NCBI GenBank assembly: GCA_963702845.1 | Contig: OY969763.1 | Location: forward strand, 2,848,001 to 2,912,000 | Length of the DNA: 64,000 nucleotides | DNA from: an uncultured Verrucomicrobiae bacterium | Lineage (GTDB): Bacteria; Verrucomicrobiota; Verrucomicrobiia; Limisphaerales; Palsa-1400 | Direction of reading: 5' to 3' | Part shown: positions 38,993-50,862 of the stretch, piece after piece | How the letters are laid out: each line of letters opens with the position of its first letter | Position numbering within the stretch: position 1 is the stretch's first letter | Notes under the pieces: generated by a model | The model's database searches: none | What the model was told of the DNA's origin: nothing | What the model saw: the letters and a program-made list of their open reading frames with translations, nothing else | Translations under genes and position numbers: made by a program

Positions 38993-41900
38993 CTACTTCA
39001 TGATCCGCTGGAACTCTGGCGAACTTCGCAATGACATCGAAGTTATGATCGTTTTTGTTGTAAGTGCGTAAATCCTGTGAAGCGGGATGGCTGTCGTTGA
39101 CTTGCATTGCTTTCTTCAACGTCTCGAGCGCTTCGTTCGTTTTATGTTGGGCGGATTGCAGGCTGGCGAGGTTGTACCAGGTCTCCGCCGAATCAGGTGC
39201 TACGCTGAGCATCTTTTTCATGATGCGTTCCGAGCCAGACAGATCGCCCATTTGAACGTAGGCGCTGGCAACGCTCATCAACACCGTCGGATCCGATCCG
39301 TATTGACCTGAGAGCGTCTCGAGCATGTGCGCGGCTTCGTTCGTCTGCCGAGCCTGGATGAAACGTTCGATTTGGACCATGACATTACGGGCGCCTTCCA
39401 ATGAGACTTGATGCCTGCTGTTTTCAAGTTGCTCGATCAAGCTCGTGATTTGGCCATTGAACGGATCGAGTTTTTGGCACGTCTTCGCGATGTGGATAGC
39501 GTCGTCGACGCGACCCATCTTTAGCAAAAGCTGGACGAACCGATACACCGCTTCAGGGCTGTAGGGGCAGTAAGCAAACGCCTGCTTGAACGCAAACTCA
39601 GCTTCTTTGCGGCAACGGGCCTGTTCGGCGCCAGTGCGGTAATCAGAACGCCATTGATAAATGCCGCCAATGGAGCTGCGCAATTTTGAAAATGCCTTCT
39701 GCCCATCGTCGTCACGGACGAACTTGGGATCACCGGTGAAACCGCTGTAGTCGTGATGATAATAGACCTTCTCGGCCCAATTACAGACCTGTTCGACCGT
39801 TGTGTCATACGTGATCCAGTTGCCCGTGAGCCGGTCCGAGAATTGCTCCAGAAGTCGTGGTCGCGAGCGACGACTTCATCGGTGATTTCTACCGGCTGCC
39901 GGTTGATTTTCATGATGACTCCAAACGGCGACAGATACGGATACATCCAGTCGAGCGGGAAGCTTTCTTCGACGTAGAATTCGTGATCCGGATTCTTATC
40001 GAAGATTACTTTGGTCAACAACCCGTTGATAGCCATGACAGCAACCTGACCGGAAACCTGGACGTGGCCAGAGTTGTCGAAGTGAACGTCTTCGCCTTGC
40101 CTGATCTGGCGAGGTTCATTTTGAGAACGGGCGTCGTGTTCGGCGCGTTTCGTCGCGTCCGTGATGTATTCGTTGAAGCACGCTGCGGAGTCTTCAACAG
40201 TTGCACTGCGAATTTCCGTGTCGGGATACACACCGCCCAGACTTCTCACGATGTCCAACGGATACGATTCTTCCAGCATGCGACGATTCAAACGCACTGA
40301 CGTATTTGCCCATGCAGTCAAAGGTGTCGGCTTGCCCTCGGGAGCACCTTGGACGGTGTGGAGGATCAGAATAGGCAGCTTCACATTTTGGAAACGATCA
40401 GCGCTATAGATCGAGCCATTTTGCAGGATCTCGTTCAAATCCTTAACGAGCGCACGTTTCAAGGCACTCTCGTCGGATTTATTATCCAGGAGCGCCTGCG
40501 TTTCCTTACTGCAGTTGTCGTAGAGATATTTTCCGAGCGCGTCGGAGCTGTTCTTTTGCATCTTCGATGCCAGGTCTTTGACGTTCAGGAAATCGCTTTC
40601 CTTGAACCAGGACGTGCCGCAACGGCGGCTGCGCTCGATCTTTGCTCCAAGTCCTTCGAAGATGTCATCGAGCCACGCCAATGCGCGTGTATCGTTATGG
40701 AATGTATTTGGGAATTCCGTCGGTAAGAACTTCTGGAAGAACGGCGGATCAATCTGCAGGCTGCGATTGTAATGGGCGCGGATGTATGCGAGGTAGGTAT
40801 TATCCGCTAACGCATTCTGCGTGATGATATAGACGTCGCGACGATCAAAATTCGGATCACGACGGCAGCTCGGCGGGATAAAGCTTTCGTCGAAAATCAT
40901 GTAAGTCGGGCAGAACCGGCCAGGGTCGGTGCCGCCGTATAGCACCGCGTCGCGGTCCATTTCAGGATAGATCAATTTGGCCTTGGCGGGATCCTTCATC
41001 ATTTCTGCCCGGAGTTTCGGATCATAGGTAAGCTTGCCATCCGTGCCAGTGAATGGAGGTGTGAACATATCATGACCGAAATAAAATCCGAACAAGTGTC
41101 CGCGTTGCTCGTTTTCTGCCCAGTGCGAAATCACCGACACCAACGGCATCAGCGCAAAAATGGTCAGCAAAACCTTCAGGTTCACCCGATCTCGCGAGAA
41201 AAGGACAAGGCCCAGGAATGCAATCACCAGCACAACAACCCACAGCGCGCCCCAAATCGGCAACGAACCCAATCCGCGACTCACTAGATGTTGCATTGCG
41301 TAAATGAGCGCTTTCGGCGCTGCCATTATACCCGTCGCACCGGGGATATCTCCATACGTCGTGATCGTCGCCCAATACAAACCCATGAACGCCGCCAGCC
41401 CCGCAACCGCGCCGCCTATCACCACCCAAAAGCGCGTGCGCTGAAACTGCGTCAACATCCACGCCGCCGTGAGCGTTATACCATAACCAATCCACAACGA
41501 AACCGGCACATACGATGCTGTGAAAAACACCTTAACCAAAGACTTCGTTTGCCGGTCGGGCGACGGATTCAGCAACACCATCAGCAAGAACCCGAGGCAA
41601 ATATAGATGCCGAACAATCCAATCATCCACGCCTTCTCGCGCCGTTGCATGCGCATGAAGAAAATGAACGGAACAATTGCGAACAATAGGTAGACCAACG
41701 TGAATTCGTCGACCGCGCCTTGGAAATACATCACGACCTGGCTGATAAACCGACCCGGGTCATGAATAAAATCCGTTGGATTGGTTCGCTCGTATTGACC
41801 ACGCGAGAGCGCATGGAAAAAGCCTTCCACAGTGCGCGGATAACCCCAGTTCATCGGCGGATTACTCATCGAGGCAATCGGCATGTAGAAATAGAACGCG

Positions 41901-42889
41901 ACGCCGAGAGCCCACAGCAGTCCGATGAAAAGGACCGTCTTCCATTCCGTCAAAAGTGACTGCGTCTTGATAATCAACCACGCCAATGCGGCGGCTGATG
42001 AAATACCGACCAGGTTGAAAATGTTGAACACCATGTTGTGCTTGCCGGCCATGTCTTTGAAAGCACCCGGGTCGATGATCAAACCCGCCAACCAGCACAA
42101 ACAGTTGATCACCAGCAAATCGCGCCCGACCTTCGGGTTTGCCGCGATGATTGCGATTTCCAAGCCCATCGCAGCTACAATCAGCGTCTGGTGGTTCGTG
42201 ATGCAAATCCCGAACAGGAACGCCGCCCAATATATATAGCGACGCTGATGCGGCGCATACATCCAACGCAACAGACAAGCCAACACGCCCAGAAGTGACA
42301 AGACGCTGAACGGATACACTTCCACGATGACCGCCTGGCTCCACATGAAGCCGTTGTAAGCGAGTAACATTGCCGAAACAAAACCAGCAACGACGCAAAT
42401 GGCGTTTTCCGAACGACGTTCAATGCCCTTCAGTTCCGCGATGCTCTCAATAATCATGCTGCTGCCGCGCGATGTGAGCAGAGCGAGCAAACCGCACGCG
42501 AGCGACGCGGCCACAGCCGATGCCACACTCACGCGCCAGGCGATGTTAGAGAACGGGAGAATCTTGGTGAAAATCCACGTGAACACGGTCCAAACCGGAT
42601 ATCCAGGAGGGTGTGGCACGCCGGCATACATCGAGCCGACGGCGAGTTCACCTGAATCTTCCAAGGTGAGGTCCGGCGACAGTGTCAGCATGTAACCGAC
42701 GAAAATCACCAGTGTAGTGATACCGAACGTGAGCCAGTCGACGCGCCGGTAGAGCGGCGGTGTCTTTGCTGGTTGGGCCACGGTTGTCTTGCTGGAGGCA
42801 GCGCCCGCCGACTGAGTCGTAGCGTTCGAAGCGTTGCCTTTTCGTGGTGGCGTCGGTTGTTGAGGTGAAGCTGGAGTCTCGGGATTCAT
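38993..42889 (-). CDS. DUF2723/TMEM260-like GT-C membrane glycosyltransferase with C-terminal TPRs; frameshifts near 39845 and 39030
   Basis: EDSGEL..GVPHPPGYP, AVIVEVY, NHQT, many TM segments, TPR motifs. The likely true end is LRSSPEFQRIMK* at 38993. Confidence 0.85.
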
Positions 42890-42892
42890 CGT

Positions 42893-43339
42893 TTAAGGGT
42901 AAATTCCATTTATGGAGTTGGACGCGGGTCGCAACTCGTGTTGTGCAGAGCTAAAATTTGTTGTTCGCCATGTGGCATGGGGCCAAACGTTCCATTCTAT
43001 GTTTTCGTCGGCCTTGCTCAATGCAAATGTTTGGGAAGAAATGTTCGACGACGAGGCGTCGACCATGAGCGTGGCAAAAAAAGTCGCGTTATCGCGGGAG
43101 GGATATGGCAGAGGGCGTCGGGAATTGCCGCTGCAAAGCACTACCACGGTAAGGCAGCACGCCGCCACCGGCGTCAACCAATTCCAAAGCTCGATGCCGC
43201 GCCAATGATGCGGCGCGTCGGTTTGGGCGCGCGGTTTAGCCGCAGCACCGCCCTCGAACAATACTCTCGAAATTTTATCCGAGGGCTGGCGAGGATTCCA
43301 GGATTGCAACCGTTTCTCCAAAATATCCGGATTGCTCAT
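42893..43339 (-). CDS. Putative anti-sigma factor (single TM)
   Basis: LEKRLQSWNPRQPS N-terminus plus a TM segment; overlaps the 3' end of the ECF gene. Confidence 0.65.
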   Translation of the reverse strand: MSNPDILEKRLQSWNPRQPSDKISRVLFEGGAAAKPRAQTDAPHHWRGIELWNWLTPVAACCLTVVVLCSGNSRRPLPYPSRDNATFFATLMVDASSSNISSQTFALSKADENIEWNVWPHATWRTTNFSSAQHELRPASNSINGIYP

Positions 43340-43820
43340 AATCAATTCCTTTCAAACGAACTTTCAATTTACTGATGCCGTAGCGATAACGGCCTGCCAC
43401 GGTGTTCGGCGATGCTTCCAGCACTTCGCCGATTTCCTCAAAAGTGAATCCGTGCCAAATCTTCAGAACGATGACCTCGCGCTGTTCCGCTGGAAGCTTT
43501 TCCAAGCAGCGCATCGCCGCCATCTCCGCGTCGGTCGTTTCACTTGAAACATCAAACCACCGTTTCGATTCCACCTCGCGCGCAAACCTCCGCCACAAAG
43601 TTCGGCGATAATTCACCGCCCGATTGCGAAACGCACGCAGACAATAGCGCTCGGGCTGTTCCGGTTCGCGGGGTAAATTTAGCAGCGCCAGGAATGTCTC
43701 TTGTAGGACGTCCTCGGCCTCACTGTGACTCAGCCCCAGCGCCCTGCCGTAGAGCAGCAGACCGGCCGCTTTACTTTCGTAAAGCTCCTTGCACCAGCAG
43801 TTAAGCTCTGAGTTGTTCAC
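43275..43820 (-). CDS. Canonical short ECF sigma factor
   Basis: AEDVLQETF, LPAEQREVIVLKIW..TFEEIG..NTVAGRYRY. Confidence 0.92.
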   Translation of the reverse strand: MNNSELNCWCKELYESKAAGLLLYGRALGLSHSEAEDVLQETFLALLNLPREPEQPERYCLRAFRNRAVNYRRTLWRRFAREVESKRWFDVSSETTDAEMAAMRCLEKLPAEQREVIVLKIWHGFTFEEIGEVLEASPNTVAGRYRYGISKLKVRLKGIDYEQSGYFGETVAILESSPALG

Positions 43821-44208
43821 TTTATTTGCACCCGAACAATGCGTTTTTTACCGCGCTTTCATTGAATAGACACCGGTGGCGTCGAATTTGTATAAAATAA
43901 TTCTATTCGGAACCGAACGCTGCTATACGGAACTTCAGACCTCTCTGGACGAGATGGAAAATGCACCGATTAAGGGCCTTTGCAAGCCGCAACTCGAGCA
44001 TTTGATCACAAGGGCGGATGACAAAATCGCCTTCGTTTCCTTTGTTTGCTTGGTGTAGAAGCTGGACAGGAAGATTGAACAGAAGCAAACGAAGGGAACG
44101 AAGCAAACCAGGATATATGAAAGCCTATATACACTCTGCCATGAGAACCGTCGGAAAAACGGGTCTGTGCAGAATTGTGTCCTGCACCGAATAACGAACC
44201 ACAACACC

Positions 44209-45360
44209 TTAGCGCTTGCCGCGAACCTTTCTCTTAGGGGTGGCTCCCGGTTCGGCGGTATCGGCGAACTTCTGCATCGCTTCTTCCTGCTGCTCGATCG
44301 ATTCGACCAGCTTAAACTGCGTCCTTGCGCGATCGAGGTTGTGGCTGGGACGATGAATTCGGAAGTAGGTGTCACCGGCTAAATGGTCGGTGAGAAAGCG
44401 GAGGCCGATGGTGAACGTGATCAATTTACCCGCAAACGCGATATACGACTTTTCTGCTTTGGTCAAAAACTGTCCGGCAGTCGACAAGTAGCCTTCCGCC
44501 AGCTTCTTGAACATCGGCATCTGCATCCGCACCTTCGACAAATCGCGCTCGTCTTCAAGAGTCGGGCTGGTTGTAGTGCGGACCATATCGCCGAAATCGT
44601 AAAGCGCGCATCCCGGCATGACAGTGTCGAGATCAACGACGCACATCGCTTCGCCCGATTCCACATCGAGCATCACGTTGTTGAATTTCGTGTCGTTGTG
44701 CGTAACGCGTTCGGGAATTTTTTTCTTTGCGAGCGCATTAAGAATCACATCCACGACAGCTTCATGCTTGAGCGCGAAATCAATTTCCTTTTTCGCGGCT
44801 TCCGCTCGGTTCAAGTGATCGTCCTCAACTGCTTTCTGCAACGCGGCGAAACGTTTGCGGGCGTTGTGGAAATCGGGAATCGTTTCGACAAGCCGTTCAC
44901 CCGGTAAATCCACCAGCAAACTTTGGAAATGGCCAAATGCCTTGCCGGCTTCAAACGCTTGCGGCGGCGTCTGCACGCATTCAAATGTCTGGACGCCCTC
45001 CACAAAAACGAACGTCCGCCAGCATTCGCCATTGCCGTTTCGGTAAAATGAATCGCCTTTGCGTGTGGGCACAATCGTGAGGCACCGGCGCGTGATGTCG
45101 GTGGCGTTTAGTTGCTCGAGTTTTTGGCGGATGTGTCGCGTGACGCGCACGACATTGGACATCAGACAAATCGGATCGCGGAAGACGGTTTGGTTGATCT
45201 TCTGATGAATGTAGCGGACCTTTGTGCCGCCTTGCCTGTAGGTGGCCGAATAGGTTTCGTTGATGTGCCCAATCTTACAGGTTTCAGCGTGCAAGATTTC
45301 GCCGTAAATCTGGAACTGTTTCGAGATTTCCTGAAGCTGCTCTTCTTTATATATCGCCAT
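44209..45360 (-). CDS. APH-family kinase (N-acetylhexosamine 1-kinase-like)
   Basis: GHINET, THNDTKFNN, DLDTVMPG, DFGD, GLRFLTD. Confidence 0.88.
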   Translation of the reverse strand: MAIYKEEQLQEISKQFQIYGEILHAETCKIGHINETYSATYRQGGTKVRYIHQKINQTVFRDPICLMSNVVRVTRHIRQKLEQLNATDITRRCLTIVPTRKGDSFYRNGNGECWRTFVFVEGVQTFECVQTPPQAFEAGKAFGHFQSLLVDLPGERLVETIPDFHNARKRFAALQKAVEDDHLNRAEAAKKEIDFALKHEAVVDVILNALAKKKIPERVTHNDTKFNNVMLDVESGEAMCVVDLDTVMPGCALYDFGDMVRTTTSPTLEDERDLSKVRMQMPMFKKLAEGYLSTAGQFLTKAEKSYIAFAGKLITFTIGLRFLTDHLAGDTYFRIHRPSHNLDRARTQFKLVESIEQQEEAMQKFADTAEPGATPKRKVRGKR

Positions 45361-45434
45361 GGGCGTATGGAGTGCGTCGCCCTTGGTTCAGCAAATCGAC
45401 CTACGATTGCTGCGCCCGTGGGGCGCACTCCGAC

Positions 45435-46790
45435 TTAGGTTTTGGCGGATTCTACGGGAACGTTTTCTGCGATGCCAGTACCTTTGCGCCGTCTCTTCGG
45501 ATAATCCGGCACCATATTATATAGGTCGTCGGGAAGGCTCCATTTCAAGAGAGGCCCCGTCATGGCTGTAGTCAGTAGAGCCATAATGATGAACATTGAG
45601 AACAGTTCCTTGGGCAACAATTTTAGTTCGTAACCGACGTTGATGGCCACGAGCGCCATCAATGCTCGCGTGTTCATTAGTGCGGCAATACAGATTGAGT
45701 CACGCGTCGATTGACCGCTGAGTTTGGCGACGATCCCGCAACCGGCGAGTTTGCCAATCGCGGCTACGGCGAAAATTGCGCCGCACGCCAACCAGGCTAT
45801 GCTCGAATTAATAGATCCAATTTCAGTGCGCAGTCCGGTATTGGTAAAGAAAATCGGCACCAAAGCGACCAGCACGAAATTCGCGAATTGGTCGCGCCAG
45901 GATTTGACCAGATCCACCTGATCATGAATCGCAACGCCAAACATGAATGCGCCGAACAGGGAAAACACTTTCAAATAACTGGCCGTCTCACACGCCGCAA
46001 AAAGCGTAATGAGAAGGACGGCCAGAAACGTTGGCGGCATTCTGCCCGGAGCCGAATTGGGCGACGTTCCATCACCGCCTTTCGTCACGCTCTTACGCCA
46101 ATACCATTTGATGATCGGCCCGACAACTTTACGCAGGAAAATGAAGAACGTAATCACGCCAGCGGTTTGCAACGTGACTTTGAACCAATCGAAATTCGAT
46201 GTGGCGAGAGAAGTAATGACCGCCAGACCAATCCAGCCAACCACGTCATCAATTGCCGCTGCGCTAATACCGAGAGCACCCAGGGGTGTGCGCTCGAGTT
46301 TCATTTCCAATAGAATGCGGCCCATGATCGGAAGCGCGGTGATGGAGAGCGCGATACAGACGAACAGTTGGAATCCGACATAGTTTGTTTCCGGTGCGAA
46401 CGTCGCGTGCAACCATTTTCCAATGAGCAGCCCACCGAGCATCGGTGCGACAATCCCGGCAATGGAAACGCCAATCACCGTCTTCGATCGCGAACGTAAA
46501 TGTCCGTAATCGAACTCCATCCCCACCTGGAACAAGAGCAGGATAAGACCAATTTTGCCAAGAAGCTGAAGCGATTGTTGCGTTTCGTTCGGAAACAGAG
46601 GCGCCCAGTCGTGCGGCCAAATTAATCCCAGCGCCGACGGACCGAGTAACAGACCCGCGAAGATTTCACCAACGGCCAATGGTTGGCCGAGTTTTTTACC
46701 AAGCCGTCCGAAAATCCAGGCAACTGCGATAATAATGCCCCATTGGAGCATAACCATGCGCAGGTGACCTTCGATCGCTGTTGGATTCAT
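45435..46790 (-). CDS. Cation:proton antiporter (CPA2)
   Basis: GQPLAVGEI, SITALP, AIDD, MNTRAL; many TM segments. Confidence 0.9.
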   Translation of the reverse strand: MNPTAIEGHLRMVMLQWGIIIAVAWIFGRLGKKLGQPLAVGEIFAGLLLGPSALGLIWPHDWAPLFPNETQQSLQLLGKIGLILLLFQVGMEFDYGHLRSRSKTVIGVSIAGIVAPMLGGLLIGKWLHATFAPETNYVGFQLFVCIALSITALPIMGRILLEMKLERTPLGALGISAAAIDDVVGWIGLAVITSLATSNFDWFKVTLQTAGVITFFIFLRKVVGPIIKWYWRKSVTKGGDGTSPNSAPGRMPPTFLAVLLITLFAACETASYLKVFSLFGAFMFGVAIHDQVDLVKSWRDQFANFVLVALVPIFFTNTGLRTEIGSINSSIAWLACGAIFAVAAIGKLAGCGIVAKLSGQSTRDSICIAALMNTRALMALVAINVGYELKLLPKELFSMFIIMALLTTAMTGPLLKWSLPDDLYNMVPDYPKRRRKGTGIAENVPVESAKT

Positions 46791-46908
46791 GCGCGGGTAA
46801 TTGAACTGAAACACTTCCTGTTGTCAGTAAAGATGTTCTAAGGAAATGCCTGATTCGCCTGTAATTGCACGCTTCACAATCGTCGAACGTTTTCGCATTG
46901 TTACGGGT

Positions 46909-47844
46909 ATGCGAACCGTTTATGCCACCTTTGCCGCGCTTGGGTTGCTCATGAATAATTCCAGCGCCGAAACGCTTTCGGAAAAATATGCAGCTTACGG
47001 CAACTTGATTGTCACGCCGTTTACGACCGCTCCGTTCCCCCACCCTGACCGCGCGAATGGGCACTCTTACCACACCAATTTTCTTTCGGCGAAGGAACAT
47101 TACAGCGATAGCACGGTGGCAATGTTTGTGCCGAAAGGTTTTCATGCCGGCAAAACGATCGACTTCGTTGTGCATTTTCACGGCTGGGGCAACAACGTCA
47201 CGCGCGCGTTCAACCACTATCATCTGATTGAACAGTTCTCCGCGAGCGAGCGGAACGCGATTTTGATTGTGCCGCAAGGGCCATTCGATGCGCAGGATTC
47301 TTTCGATGGAAAACTCGAAGATACCAACGGTTTCGCCCGCTTCATGAACGAGGCAGTCAATGTTCTCGAGAAAAAAAGCGTCATCCGGCATGCAAGGCTC
47401 GGCAAGATCATCCTGTCCGGCCACAGCGGCGGCTACGAAGTAATCTCATCCATACTGGAGCGCGGCGGCCTTAACGATCACGTCCGCGAGGTTTGGTTGT
47501 TTGATGCACTTTACGGACGCACTGAAAAATTCGTGAACTGGTGGTTCTCCAACGAAAGTCGCACCCGCTTTATCGACATCTACACCGAGCACGGCGGCAC
47601 AAAAGAAGAAACCGAAAATCTGATGGCCGACCTAAAGAAGAACACCGTCCCGTTTTACTTTGCAAAAGAACCAGCAGCGTCTACGGAAGCGATTACAAAA
47701 AACAAATTAGTCTTTCTATTCACCGACAACTCGCACGACGTTGTGATGCAAAATAACAATACTTTTCTAAATTTCCTGCGAACGAGCCAGTTAAGTTCTA
47801 TGCATACTGACTCCATTCGAAGCCCGCGATTGAGTTCGAAATAG
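46909..47844 (+). CDS. Exported alpha/beta hydrolase-like protein
   Basis: HFHGW, SGHSGG, LFDALY. Confidence 0.7.
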   Translation: MRTVYATFAALGLLMNNSSAETLSEKYAAYGNLIVTPFTTAPFPHPDRANGHSYHTNFLSAKEHYSDSTVAMFVPKGFHAGKTIDFVVHFHGWGNNVTRAFNHYHLIEQFSASERNAILIVPQGPFDAQDSFDGKLEDTNGFARFMNEAVNVLEKKSVIRHARLGKIILSGHSGGYEVISSILERGGLNDHVREVWLFDALYGRTEKFVNWWFSNESRTRFIDIYTEHGGTKEETENLMADLKKNTVPFYFAKEPAASTEAITKNKLVFLFTDNSHDVVMQNNNTFLNFLRTSQLSSMHTDSIRSPRLSSK

Positions 47845-47848
47845 GCGA

Positions 47849-49237
47849 ATGACCCGTCCCATCACACAGCGTTTCCGGCTGCTGATTGCGATTGGCTGTC
47901 TGCTCGCAATTTGGAATGTCCAAGGTGCGCAATCGCATTTTCCAGACCTGACGGTCGCGCCGTTAGATGAGCTGCGCGATGAAATGACGGTGACGATCCA
48001 CTCGACGAAACCCGATTACGTCGCGTTTATCCCTCGTGTCAACGACGCGAACGTCAACGATACGGGCAATGAACATTTCCTCGTTTTCGATGGGCCGGAT
48101 GGATCGTTGAAGGCGATCTGGACGCAAAGCTCCGGTGAAGGCAATCCCGACCAACATATCGTTTTCGCGCAGAGCAACGACGACGGCAAGAACTGGTCGA
48201 CGCCCAAGGTGATCTGTGGTCCGGCAAAACCGGGGCAAGGTTTTATCGCAAGCTGGGCATACCCAATGGTGAGCAAATCCGGTCGCATTTACGTGCTCTA
48301 CAGTCAGCACGTCGGCCGCGTAGATTCATTTTTTCACACGACTGGTTTGCTCACTGGAAAATATAGCGACGACTCCGGCAAAACATGGTCGCAACCGCAA
48401 TCGATCGTGATGCCGCGCACCAGCCACGACAACCCTGACCCGACGATGCCGCCGAATTGCATCACGTGGCAGAAGCCTCTGCGGCTGACTAAAGACGGCC
48501 GATATCTCGTCGGACTCACCCGCTGGATGAGTAAAACAGTTGCTAAGAATCCAACCAAGTCATGGACGTCTTACCCCGCGGTTGTTGAGTTCATGCGCTT
48601 TGAAAACCTCGATGACAATCCTGAACCCTCGAAACTAAAAATCTCGTGGCTGGCGTTCGACACGAACGCTTTGAAGGTGCCTTATCCAGGCTATCCTGAA
48701 ACTAGCGTTTGCCAGGAACCGTCCATTGTGAAACTTCCGGATGGACGTTTGTTCTGCGTGGTTCGAACATCGGCTGGCAGCCCGTATTGGAGCATGAGCG
48801 CGAACGATGGCGACACGTGGACAAAACCGATACCGCTCTTGCGCAAAGACGGTGGCGAACCGCTAAAGCATCCGTTGTCGCCCTGCCCCATTTTTGATCT
48901 CGGCGGCGGCGCGGCCGGAAGCGGTCGTTACGCGCTGTTCATCCACAATCACGATGGACATTACCAAGGCTACGGACCTTCCGACGCGAACTTTCACCGG
49001 CGTCCTGTCTATCAAGTTAATGGCCATTTTGAACCCAACGCGGAGCAACCAATCTGGTTTGATGAACCGAATTTCTTCATGGATAACGACGGCATTTTGC
49101 TCGGTGCTCCCGGCAAACACGGTCGAATTGACCTCGCACTTTATTCGAGCGTTATTGTCCGTAAGGGCAAAACGATTCTTTGGTATCCAGATCGAAAATT
49201 TTTTCTGCTGGGCAAAATCATCGCCGACAGGCAATAA
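47849..49237 (+). CDS. Sialidase-family (BNR/Asp-box) protein
   Basis: Asp boxes SNDDGKNW, SDDSGKTW, SANDGDTW; QEPSIV. Confidence 0.85.
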   Translation: MTRPITQRFRLLIAIGCLLAIWNVQGAQSHFPDLTVAPLDELRDEMTVTIHSTKPDYVAFIPRVNDANVNDTGNEHFLVFDGPDGSLKAIWTQSSGEGNPDQHIVFAQSNDDGKNWSTPKVICGPAKPGQGFIASWAYPMVSKSGRIYVLYSQHVGRVDSFFHTTGLLTGKYSDDSGKTWSQPQSIVMPRTSHDNPDPTMPPNCITWQKPLRLTKDGRYLVGLTRWMSKTVAKNPTKSWTSYPAVVEFMRFENLDDNPEPSKLKISWLAFDTNALKVPYPGYPETSVCQEPSIVKLPDGRLFCVVRTSAGSPYWSMSANDGDTWTKPIPLLRKDGGEPLKHPLSPCPIFDLGGGAAGSGRYALFIHNHDGHYQGYGPSDANFHRRPVYQVNGHFEPNAEQPIWFDEPNFFMDNDGILLGAPGKHGRIDLALYSSVIVRKGKTILWYPDRKFFLLGKIIADRQ

Positions 49238-49276
49238 AAGATTCGTCGTTGCAGCGAAGCTTTTAATTCAAAATCT

Positions 49277-50443
49277 ATGAGCAAGATTCGTGTACTCGTC
49301 GGCACGCGCAAAGGTGCGTTCATTCTAACCTCAGACGGCACCCGCAAGAACTGGGATGTGAGCGGACCGCACTTTGCCGGTTGGGAAATTTACCACGCCA
49401 AAGGTTCGCCGGTTGATCCCAACAAGATTTACGTTTCACAGTCAAGCGGCTGGTTCGGCCAAATTATACAACGCTCCGATGACGGCGGCAAAACGTGGAA
49501 TCCGCCCGGCAGCAAACCGGAAGAATTGGTCGGCCCCGGTGGTATGCCGCACGGTGAAAGCAATAAGTTCGTCTACGAAGGCGAGGTCGGCACACACAAA
49601 TGGTATGACGGCACGCAGCATCCCTGGGAATTCAAACGCGTGTGGCATCTGGAACCTTCCTTCACCGATCCCGACACCGTCTACGCGGGTGTCGAAGATG
49701 CCGCGATGTTCAAGACGACCGATGGCGGTAAGACCTGGCATGAGTTGGCGGGACTGCGCAAAGCCAAAGGCGAACTCTGGCAACCTGGTGCCGGCGGCAT
49801 GGCAGTTCACACAATTATTTTGGACCGAAAAAATCCGAAACGCATGTTCATCGCAATTTCTGCTGCGGGTGCCTTCCGAACGGATGATGGCGGCGCGACG
49901 TGGAAGCCCATTAATAAAGGTTTGAAGTCGCCCTACGAACTGCCAGATCCGGATGCGGAAGTCGGCCATTGTGTCCATCGCATCGCCATGCACCCGTCGC
50001 GCCCAGACGTTCTGTTCATGCAGAAGCATTGGGACGTGATGCGCAGCGATAACGCGGGTGATATGTGGACGGAGGTCAGCGGAAATTTACCGAGCGATTT
50101 CGGCTTTCCAATCGACGTTCACGCGCACGAACCGAACACGATTTACGTCGTGCCCATCAAGAGCGATTCCGAACATTTCCCGCCCGACGGCAAGCTGCGC
50201 GTTTATCGCAGTCGCAACGGCGGCAACGAATGGGAAGCGATGACCAAAGGGCTTCCGCAAAAAGATTGTTACGTCAATGTGCTGCGCGATGCGATGTGCG
50301 TCGACTCCCTTGAACCGTGCGGAATTTATTTCGGCACCACCGGCGGACAGGTTTATGCGTCGGCCGATAGCGGCAATACCTGGAACCCGATTGTGCGCGA
50401 TTTACCTGCGGTATTGTCCGTGGAAGTGCAGATGCTGCCATGA
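49277..50443 (+). CDS. Cytoplasmic BNR-repeat beta-propeller protein
   Basis: Multiple SxDGGxTW repeats; no signal peptide. Confidence 0.88.
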   Translation: MSKIRVLVGTRKGAFILTSDGTRKNWDVSGPHFAGWEIYHAKGSPVDPNKIYVSQSSGWFGQIIQRSDDGGKTWNPPGSKPEELVGPGGMPHGESNKFVYEGEVGTHKWYDGTQHPWEFKRVWHLEPSFTDPDTVYAGVEDAAMFKTTDGGKTWHELAGLRKAKGELWQPGAGGMAVHTIILDRKNPKRMFIAISAAGAFRTDDGGATWKPINKGLKSPYELPDPDAEVGHCVHRIAMHPSRPDVLFMQKHWDVMRSDNAGDMWTEVSGNLPSDFGFPIDVHAHEPNTIYVVPIKSDSEHFPPDGKLRVYRSRNGGNEWEAMTKGLPQKDCYVNVLRDAMCVDSLEPCGIYFGTTGGQVYASADSGNTWNPIVRDLPAVLSVEVQMLP

Positions 50444-50736
50444 TTCGAATCGTTCTGCCATTTCATTTGCGCAATCTCGCACGCACCGGAACGGAAGTGC
50501 AGGTGGATGTTCCAGCGCCCGTAACACTCGGTGGGGCGTTAACAGCGCTGGAAGCACAATATCCAGTTCTCCGCGGAACGATTCGCGAATACGGCACGAA
50601 CAAACGCCGTTCACTTGTCAGGTTTTTTGCGTGCAAGGAAGATCTGTCAAACGAACCGTCGGATACGCAGCTTCCCGAAGACGTGATCAACGGAAAAGAG
50701 CCGCTGATGATTATCGGCGCGATAGCTGGCGGCTGA
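50440..50736 (+). CDS. MoaD/ThiS ubiquitin-like protein
   Basis: Beta-grasp size, ends AIAGG, ATGA overlap with the BNR gene. Confidence 0.9.
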   Translation: MIRIVLPFHLRNLARTGTEVQVDVPAPVTLGGALTALEAQYPVLRGTIREYGTNKRRSLVRFFACKEDLSNEPSDTQLPEDVINGKEPLMIIGAIAGG

Positions 50737-50862
50737 TTCAAGCGCGGATGGTCACGTCCGCAGAGGCACGATTCTACTGCGACTCGCGGAGGTGACTATC
50801 CGCGCCTCCGAGCATTACTTGATTTCCGGCGTGGGTAAATTACCCTCAACAAACGATTTAAT

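Noticed and set aside
43860..44200. Short ORFs and an imperfect inverted repeat (TTCGTTTCCTTTGTTTGCTT / AAGCAAACGAAGGGAACGAA)
   Set aside because: Possibly a decayed small element, but no protein family or boundaries can be supported.
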